From Escherichia coli 042 (GTDB taxonomy: Bacteria; Pseudomonadota; Gammaproteobacteria; Enterobacterales; Enterobacteriaceae): 64,000 bases of DNA. A program made the translations under genes and the position numbers. Below are positions 55,962 to 64,000 of this stretch, one piece after another. The stretch lies in the NCBI RefSeq assembly GCF_000027125.1, contig NC_017626.1. One strand, 5' to 3'. Numbering within the stretch: the first letter of the stretch is position 1; each line of letters opens with the position of its first letter. The notes beneath the pieces are model-generated. The model did no database searches and was not told the DNA's origin. It worked only from the letters and a program-made list of their open reading frames with translations.

Positions 55962-56192
55962 CAAAGATGTCCTGTGTTTAAAAGTGATGCTGCCCGGACT
56001 CGACAAAGATTATCGGCGCGCAAGGGCAGAACTTTACCGCCTGGCCGGGTTAAATTTCCCCACTCCACAACGGAATCTTTCAGGAATACGTTCTGGCTCA
56101 AAAAAATAATGGAACACTGTTTTAATATGGTTGACCAGCAAACCACCACAGCGCAAACTAACGCTAATTTTTTACAGATCAGGTTCACGACT

Positions 56193-57122
56193 ATGTCCAA
56201 AAAGATTGCCGTGATTGGCGAATGCATGATTGAGCTTTCCGAGAAAGGCGCGGACGTTAAGCGCGGTTTCGGCGGCGATACCCTGAACACCTCCGTCTAT
56301 ATCGCCCGTCAGGTCGATCCTGCGGCATTAACCGTTCATTACGTAACGGCGCTGGGAACGGACAGTTTTAGCCAGCAAATGCTGGACGCCTGGCACGGCG
56401 AGAACGTTGATACTTCCCTGACCCAACGGATGGAAAACCGTCTTCCGGGCCTTTACTACATTGAAACCGACAGCACCGGCGAACGTACGTTCTACTACTG
56501 GCGTAACGAAGCCGCCGCCAAATTCTGGCTGGAGAGCGAGCAGTCTGCGGCGATTTGCGAAGAGCTGGCGAATTTCGATTATCTCTACCTGAGCGGGATT
56601 AGCCTGGCGATCTTAAGCCCGACCAGCCGCGAGAAACTGCTTTCTTTGTTGCGCGAATGCCGCGCCAACGGCGGAAAAGTAATTTTCGACAATAACTATC
56701 GTCCGCGCCTGTGGGCCAGCAAAGAAGAGACACAGCAGGTGTACCAGCAAATGCTGGAATGCACGGATATCGCCTTCCTGACGCTGGACGACGAAGACGC
56801 GCTATGGGGTCAACAGCCGGTGGAAGACGTCATTGCGCGCACCCATAACGCGGGCGTGAAAGAAGTGGTGGTGAAACGCGGGGCGGATTCTTGCCTGGTG
56901 TCCATTGCTGGCGAAGGGTTAGTGGATGTTCCGGCGGTGAAACTGCCGAAAGAAAAAGTGATCGATACCACCGCAGCTGGCGACTCTTTCAGTGCCGGTT
57001 ATCTGGCGGTACGTTTGACGGGCGGCAGTGCGGAAAACGCGGCGAAACGCGGGCACCTGACCGCAAGTACCGTTATTCAGTATCGCGGCGCGATTATCCC
57101 GCGTGAGGCAATGCCGGAATAA
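56193..57122 (+). CDS. kdgK: 2-dehydro-3-deoxygluconokinase KdgK (309 aa)
   Basis: pfkB-family sugar kinase with C-terminal TAAGDSFSAGY motif; start set at MSKKIAVIGECMIEL. Confidence 0.9.
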   Translation: MSKKIAVIGECMIELSEKGADVKRGFGGDTLNTSVYIARQVDPAALTVHYVTALGTDSFSQQMLDAWHGENVDTSLTQRMENRLPGLYYIETDSTGERTFYYWRNEAAAKFWLESEQSAAICEELANFDYLYLSGISLAILSPTSREKLLSLLRECRANGGKVIFDNNYRPRLWASKEETQQVYQQMLECTDIAFLTLDDEDALWGQQPVEDVIARTHNAGVKEVVVKRGADSCLVSIAGEGLVDVPAVKLPKEKVIDTTAAGDSFSAGYLAVRLTGGSAENAAKRGHLTASTVIQYRGAIIPREAMPE

Positions 57123-57678
57123 TGGTTTTTGACGGAGAACGGGTAGATATTCGTTCTCCGTTAATCGCCTTGCAGGGGTGAACCGAACTATGCTGATAAT
57201 TTGAAGTAAACTGCTGACGCATATCATTCAAACTACGCGTAAATTTAAGCGGGTTCTCACCTTTAATTTCGACCGTGACGAAGACATTCCCATTGTTGTT
57301 AAAGAAGCCAAAATAATAGTCATGTTGATGACGACGATTGGTTTTAAATTGACGAAATGATAAATAGCAGCGGTTATCGTAGGTAATTAAAAAATCATTT
57401 TCTCCGTATTCGTTTATCATCTTATTTTTCAGGCTACCATCGAAGAGCACTGCATACTTATCTTTGTCAGCAAATAATTCGGCATCAGTTTCTCGGTTGA
57501 TCGTGTTGACGCTGATACCGAATTCTATTTTTACCTTGTCTTTATCGATATTATTTCTTGTGCTGACATACATATTATTGGCATCCCAGAGTAAGAGAAA
57601 GTTTTTGTTGCAGGAATAAAGACCTGTTAAGCAAAGAATGACTGTTAGCAAGAATAGTATGCGTTTTTTGTTACGCAT
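57094..57678 (-). CDS. Hypothetical secreted or lipoprotein-like protein (194 aa), islet gene 5
   Basis: N-terminal signal peptide MRNKKRILFLLTVILCLTGLYSC with RBS caggag; Asn/Lys/Asp-rich and AT-rich; the 3' end reads through the kdgK terminator and 29 bp into kdgK. Confidence 0.55.
   Translation of the reverse strand: MRNKKRILFLLTVILCLTGLYSCNKNFLLLWDANNMYVSTRNNIDKDKVKIEFGISVNTINRETDAELFADKDKYAVLFDGSLKNKMINEYGENDFLITYDNRCYLSFRQFKTNRRHQHDYYFGFFNNNGNVFVTVEIKGENPLKFTRSLNDMRQQFTSNYQHSSVHPCKAINGERISTRSPSKTIIPALPHAG
57132..57161 (+). terminator. Hairpin after kdgK (candidate terminator)
   Basis: acggagaacg ggtagatatt cgttctccgt, 10 nt after the kdgK stop. Confidence 0.5.
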
Positions 57679-57739
57679 TTATACTCCTGAAAATGCGTTG
57701 AGGTCGCAAATATAATTAAATAGTCTGACATAAATAAAA

Positions 57740-58060
57740 TTAATTCCCTATCAATAATACATCTGCGACTTTTCTTGGTCCTTCGTAGATCTCAAATGCC
57801 TCGTACTTAGTCATCCATTGTTCAGGGGCGGTATCGAAAAGGAACTGAACGCACCCCATTGAAACGATACGTCCATCGGTTACATTAGGTTTTTCCAATT
57901 CAAAAACAACGCTCCATGCATTATTTTGCCAGTCAGTTTTCTCCTCTGGAAACCTGGAGACGGGATAATATCTACCGATAGGAGGTGCGCTCCTTCTGCC
58001 ACCTTCATTTTCTGTAAGCCAAACAACCTTTACACGATACATATGTTTCCATTCATTCAT
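57740..58060 (-). CDS. Hypothetical protein resembling EF-Tu domain III (106 aa), islet gene 4
   Basis: VVWLTENEGGRRSAPPIGRYYP and C-terminal FEIYEGPRKVADVLL align with EF-Tu domain III ([36 protein letters not shown]); starts 3 nt after the gene 3 stop. Confidence 0.6.
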   Translation of the reverse strand: MNEWKHMYRVKVVWLTENEGGRRSAPPIGRYYPVSRFPEEKTDWQNNAWSVVFELEKPNVTDGRIVSMGCVQFLFDTAPEQWMTKYEAFEIYEGPRKVADVLLIGN

Positions 58061-58063
58061 TAA

Positions 58064-58543
58064 TTAAATTAAGTGTGAATTATATAATATTGCCACCCCA
58101 TGCGATCTTTCCCATTTTAGTCCATCAACTAATAATGATAGAAAAGAATACTGGAAGCTTATATTTTTAATCACTTCTATTTTTTCATCATCTAATGACA
58201 AGATTACCCACCCCCCGTAATTTTTGCTAACCAGGTTGTTAATAAATTTAATTATAGGATTGGTTGAAATATCCTTTCCTTTATTCACAGCCATTTCCAG
58301 GTCATCGACTAAAGAACCATTGAAGTTGTAAACATGATATTCATTAAAGTCTATGTGCTCATCTAAAGGTGGGCCATAAGTAATCGGTAGATTGCATCTC
58401 TGCAAAAGATGATGATTACACCAGGCGTATACCGGAGGGTCGCGATGAAAGGTTTCCCCACCCCAGTGAACCATAACCTCTTGTAGATCTAGTTCCTCTG
58501 GAGCGAATCGTGTAGGGAGTAAAATATCCAAGTGAAAATCCAT
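58064..58543 (-). CDS. Hypothetical protein (159 aa), islet gene 3
   Basis: AT-rich ORF with no motif I recognise; translationally coupled to gene 4. Confidence 0.55.
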   Translation of the reverse strand: MDFHLDILLPTRFAPEELDLQEVMVHWGGETFHRDPPVYAWCNHHLLQRCNLPITYGPPLDEHIDFNEYHVYNFNGSLVDDLEMAVNKGKDISTNPIIKFINNLVSKNYGGWVILSLDDEKIEVIKNISFQYSFLSLLVDGLKWERSHGVAILYNSHLI

Positions 58544-58642
58544 AGCCTATCCTAAATTTGGCACCCATAACATAAACTGTGTAAGAATCAACGACTGCCC
58601 CCCCAAAAATGGGAAAATTTACTTATTATGCAAAGTTACTTA

Positions 58643-58897
58643 TTAAGAAGCCCATTCCTCATTTTTTGGCAAATAGCCCTTTCGCCAACAGGTCAGAATC
58701 TTAAAACTCGCTCGCAAATAAAATTTATTAGCCGAATCGTTTTTAACCATTCTGACTAATGTCATCTCACCCGTTCTTTTATCTATCACGAACTCGCCGT
58801 AATCAGATCTACAATAGTCAGAAGATGTAGGTCCAAATTCATATTTTACTACTTTATCAGTTTCTTCAATTTTCAATATTTCTATATGATAGGCCAT
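58643..58897 (-). CDS. Hypothetical small protein (84 aa), islet gene 2
   Basis: Start codon overlaps the stop of gene 1 by one nucleotide (TAATG); no recognised motif. Confidence 0.5.
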   Translation of the reverse strand: MAYHIEILKIEETDKVVKYEFGPTSSDYCRSDYGEFVIDKRTGEMTLVRMVKNDSANKFYLRASFKILTCWRKGYLPKNEEWAS

Positions 58898-59322
58898 TAT
58901 TTAACACCATCTATTGCCTGGCATCGTATACAGCTAAAACCAGTAGCTAAAATCTCAACATAACTATCATAACCTGCTATAATATAATGTTTTAACTTTA
59001 ACCGTTTTTTAGGGTCATATAATCTCTCTTTTTCTTCAAGCGGTACAGAATTCATTACTTGATATATACCGGAGTCCAGATTTTCACCATCAACCTTCTT
59101 AATAACAATATTGTTATAGTTGGCTTCATGAAAATTGACGGTAGCACACTTAACTTCAGCAACTGTAGTGAAGACCAGTTCAATTTGAACATAATCTTTC
59201 TCTGTTGATATTAACTCCAGAGCATCTACTTTAATGTTGACGCCATCAGACTCTGTATATGTTAAAGATAAATAAGTTGTGGAAATCCTGAATCCAATCG
59301 ATTGTGATTTTAACACAAGCAT
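58897..59322 (-). CDS. Hypothetical protein (141 aa), islet gene 1
   Basis: Start at the second ATG (MLVLKSQSIG), which has AAGGAG 7 nt upstream; C-terminal CIRC (CxxC); AT-rich. Confidence 0.55.
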   Translation of the reverse strand: MLVLKSQSIGFRISTTYLSLTYTESDGVNIKVDALELISTEKDYVQIELVFTTVAEVKCATVNFHEANYNNIVIKKVDGENLDSGIYQVMNSVPLEEKERLYDPKKRLKLKHYIIAGYDSYVEILATGFSCIRCQAIDGVK

Positions 59323-59525
59323 AAACTCACTCCTTCCAGTAGGCACAGGTATAATTTATTCAGCTAATAAATAATTAAACCCACTCTACGGTAAGTTTAT
59401 TTTAATAATGAATGGTTATCTGCGCGCTACCGCCGTGCCCGGAAAAATATCTGCGGTTATATCACGGTAACTAATTTATTACCGTTAATCCCGGCAGCGC
59501 AGAAGAAACGCTGCCGGGTTATTTA

Positions 59526-61022
59526 TTACTGTGCGGGGGGAATATCCGTCACTTCAGGATGTACGTCATCCGTGGCGACAGAGGTGGTCGCAGCGGCGGT
59601 AGATGGGGTCATGATTTGATCCCAGGCCGCCTGCAACGCTTTCATGTTAAATTCCGGCTCGCCTTTCGGCTGCAGAAGTATTAACGCCATATCATTCGAC
59701 AACTGCTGACGCAGATCCTGATTTAACATCTCCACCGTCAGGCTGTTAAGGAAGTCCTGGCGCAGTTTCTGATATTGCTCCGGCGCGATATCAACGACCT
59801 GATTTTGCAACGAACGCATCCGCTGACCCATCAGAATATCGGTATCAGCTCGCGCATAGGCGGCAAACAGTTTCTGCAGCTCCAGTTTCTTTTGCGCCAC
59901 TAACGCATTGAACTCTTCTTCCGGCAGACCTTTATCGCGAACCTTCGCCAGTTCACGCGCCACCAGATTAAGGTTGCTGCTCAGCTTGTCGTTTGGTGAT
60001 TCGATGTTAATGGCACACTGCGCACGCAGATACAGCACACGACAGTCAAATCCAAGACCGATATCTTTGCTGTTACTGGCGCTTAACGCTTGCTGAACAT
60101 GCCAGAACAGCGCCTCACGGGCCAGGTCCGCACGCCAGTAGCGCAGCAGTGCGGCTGATTCACGAATCGGCTGCCACGGCGTATCCCACATGATTGATAA
60201 CCGGTCCTGACGCACCGCGTCAGTCATAATACTCACCGCTTCCGCACGCAGCGGAGAAAGCGTCGGCACCGGAGCCGGTGTTTCACGTTTGCCTTTCAGT
60301 TCGCCAAACGTTTTATTGATTTGGTCGACGACCGAGCGCGCATCCACGTTTCCCACCACCAGCAGCGTCATTGCATCCGGGGTATACCATTTCTGATAGA
60401 AATCTTTAATCTTTTCCGCTTCAACGGGTTGTTTCAGCGGATCGGCAGGATCGTGACCTAACAAGGTTGATCCTTTCAGACGATAGCGCCACCAGCCCTC
60501 TTTAGTATCGGCAGGCCAGGTTGCCACCATGTCCTGACTTTGCAGCGCGTGGTTGATGGTTTCTGGCGTGATAGTCAGTTTGCCAGTGGCATTTGCCAGA
60601 TAAGAGAGCGCTTCTTTCAGCAAGTCGTTACGGTTATTGGGCAAACTCAGATTAAACAGCGTGGTGTCATAAGAGACAATTACCGGCGGCATCGGGCGTT
60701 TAGGGTCGATCCCCTGCTGCCACAATGAACGCGCCTGTGCTGCTTCAAGGCCACCGCTTTGCGTTAACGCAATACGAGGGATGGCGTGGCTGTAACCGCT
60801 CTGTTGTGTACTTTCGGCGAGCGAACCGGTATTAACCAGCAGGCGAATTTCAACACGATCGCTGGGACGCTGGGGTGTGGTCAGCACTTGCCACTGTAAA
60901 CCGTTGGAAAGCGTCCCCTGTTGCCATGCTGGATCAGGCTGGAGCGCATCTGCCTGCACATAGCCAGCAGTGGCCATCATCAGCAAACCGCCCGCTAAAA
61001 GTCGAATTTTTGTGCCCTGCAT
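59526..61022 (-). CDS. yhjJ: Periplasmic M16-family peptidase-like protein YhjJ (498 aa)
   Basis: Signal peptide MQGTKIRLLAGGLLMMATAGYVQA; length and position match yhjJ. Confidence 0.85.
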   Translation of the reverse strand: MQGTKIRLLAGGLLMMATAGYVQADALQPDPAWQQGTLSNGLQWQVLTTPQRPSDRVEIRLLVNTGSLAESTQQSGYSHAIPRIALTQSGGLEAAQARSLWQQGIDPKRPMPPVIVSYDTTLFNLSLPNNRNDLLKEALSYLANATGKLTITPETINHALQSQDMVATWPADTKEGWWRYRLKGSTLLGHDPADPLKQPVEAEKIKDFYQKWYTPDAMTLLVVGNVDARSVVDQINKTFGELKGKRETPAPVPTLSPLRAEAVSIMTDAVRQDRLSIMWDTPWQPIRESAALLRYWRADLAREALFWHVQQALSASNSKDIGLGFDCRVLYLRAQCAINIESPNDKLSSNLNLVARELAKVRDKGLPEEEFNALVAQKKLELQKLFAAYARADTDILMGQRMRSLQNQVVDIAPEQYQKLRQDFLNSLTVEMLNQDLRQQLSNDMALILLQPKGEPEFNMKALQAAWDQIMTPSTAAATTSVATDDVHPEVTDIPPAQ

Positions 61023-61241
61023 GTGAACCCCTGATCAACTATCCTGGTAATAAAAAACTGCCCGTTGTCGGTCAGTCTAAATGACGTTAAAAACACTTCG
61101 TGTTAGACCGCAAGAACATGAAAATGTCACGGAAGAAGTGAAATAAACCTGAACTCACCCAGGTGGTAAGTTCAGGCACAGGGGTCAATTATGCGCAAAC
61201 ACCCGCACTCGGGGAAGGGAGTGCGGGCATAAGTGATGAGA

Positions 61242-62564
<1,323 letters not shown>

Positions 62565-62710
62565 TTATGGGGTACCTGCGGCCTTAAAATAACACCCAGA
62601 CAACATCACAGAAATGTACCTGGATCATAATTGAAACAAAAAGGTTAAAAAGTTTGAGCTGGCTCGCACAAACCAGCACTTTTTAAAGTTTTGTAATCAG
62701 TTTGGGGTAG

Positions 62711-64000
62711 CTACTTTTCTTCCAGGTAACTCTCTTCGAAGATTTCAATAGGGAGTGGGCGAGCAAAAAGGAAGCCCTGGGCAATACCAACGCCCGCTTT
62801 TGCCAGCCAGTCGCGTTGTGCTTCAGTCTCCACGCCTTCGGCAATCATTTGTAAGTTCAGGCTTTGCGCCAACATGATAATTGCAGCAATCATGCTGCTA
62901 TCTTCCGGCAAGCCTTCAACAAACATTTTGTCGATTTTTAACACGTCGATTGGCAACGATTTCATATGCTGCAGCTGACGCAGCCCTGCGTAGCCCATGC
63001 CGAAATCATCCAGCGCCACCCGAACTCCGGCATTGCGCAGCGGACGGAGGATTGCCACCGCAGCATGAGGGTCGTCAATACGTCGGCTTTCTGTCACTTC
63101 CAGAATCAGTGTTCCCGGCTGAATGCGATAGCGGGTTAACAGTTCCAGCATATCCGCCACCATATTCGGGTGCATCAGTTGCAGCGCAGAGAGGTTTACC
63201 GACAAGGGCAGCATAATGCCGCGCTCTTGCCAGGCTGCAAGCAATCGACAGGACTCTTCCAGCACCCAGTGACCGACGGTAACCATCAGCCCACAGCACT
63301 CAATGCGATCGATTAAGCCATCCGGCAGATCCCAACTGCCATCCGGTTGCTGGATACGCAGTAACACTTCCGCACTGACCAGTTTACCGCTGTTCATCTC
63401 GACCTGTGGCTGTAACCAAATCGCAAACTGATGATTTTCCAGCGCATTAAGGATATCGCTCTCTTCCGTCAACCGCTGCTGGGCGGCTTCCATCTGCTGC
63501 GGATCAAAGAACTGAATCTGATTCTTGCCTTTATGGCGAGCGGTAAATGCCGCAGAAATAGCGCGACTGTAAAGCTGTTCGGCGGTGAGATCGCCGTAGA
63601 ACATCGCCACGCCAATGCTACAGTGCGGACGGAGTTGAATACGTTCAATCGGCAGGCGCTCGCTCATGATAGTGAGCACTTGCTGACCTAAAGTGATTGC
63701 GTGCCACGGTTCCTGTACACCATTGGCAATGACAGCAAAGTCATAACCACTAATCTGCGCGAGGATCATACGTGGCGACAGTACCGATTTGAGTTTTTCC
63801 ACCAGCGTCAGCAGCAGAATTTCTCGTTGCGCCTCTTTCAGCACGCCCGCAGTATCACGCAGGGTTTCACAGGTGATGATCATCAGCGCGGTGGTTTGTT
63901 TACGCGCGACAACCTGCTCCAGCATCTCCATCAGCAAGGCTTTGTTCGGCAAATCCGACACCGGGAAGCGCATCGCGTTTTCGTTCTGTTCTTCATAATG
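62711..64000 (-). CDS. pdeK: c-di-GMP phosphodiesterase PdeK/YhjK, 3' part only (N-terminus lies beyond the window)
   Basis: C-terminal EAL domain preceded by a degenerate GGDEF-like region; the reading frame stays open to position 64000. Confidence 0.8.
   Translation of the reverse strand, partial: HYEEQNENAMRFPVSDLPNKALLMEMLEQVVARKQTTALMIITCETLRDTAGVLKEAQREILLLTLVEKLKSVLSPRMILAQISGYDFAVIANGVQEPWHAITLGQQVLTIMSERLPIERIQLRPHCSIGVAMFYGDLTAEQLYSRAISAAFTARHKGKNQIQFFDPQQMEAAQQRLTEESDILNALENHQFAIWLQPQVEMNSGKLVSAEVLLRIQQPDGSWDLPDGLIDRIECCGLMVTVGHWVLEESCRLLAAWQERGIMLPLSVNLSALQLMHPNMVADMLELLTRYRIQPGTLILEVTESRRIDDPHAAVAILRPLRNAGVRVALDDFGMGYAGLRQLQHMKSLPIDVLKIDKMFVEGLPEDSSMIAAIIMLAQSLNLQMIAEGVETEAQRDWLAKAGVGIAQGFLFARPLPIEIFEESYLEEK

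Overview
This window reads as an Escherichia coli chromosomal segment syntenic with the K-12 yhiM-yhjK region: yhiM, yhiN, pitA, uspB, uspA, dtpB, rsmJ, prlC, rlmJ, gor, the dinQ/agrAB toxin-sRNA locus, an ars operon, the acid fitness island (slp, dctR, yhiD, hdeBAD, gadE, mdtEF, gadW, gadY, gadX, gadA), then yhjA, treF, yhjB-yhjE, yhjG, pdeH, kdgK, yhjJ, dctA and the 3' part of pdeK. All gene identities are from recognising the translated ORFs and gene order from memory; no database search was run. Compared with my recollection of K-12 there are four accessory differences: (1) the ars operon is the five-gene arsRDABC form; (2) an extra ArsR-family regulator plus Cys-rich permease sits downstream of arsC; (3) the eight-gene chu haem-uptake locus (chuS, chuA, chuTWXYUV) lies inside the acid fitness island between dctR and yhiD; (4) an AT-rich ~2.3 kb islet of five small same-strand genes lies between kdgK and yhjJ. 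The islet is the best candidate for an undescribed system: it has two tightly coupled gene pairs, a secreted or lipoprotein-like product, and one 106-aa protein that looks like a free-standing EF-Tu domain III. No rRNA, tRNA, CRISPR array or transposase was recognised.
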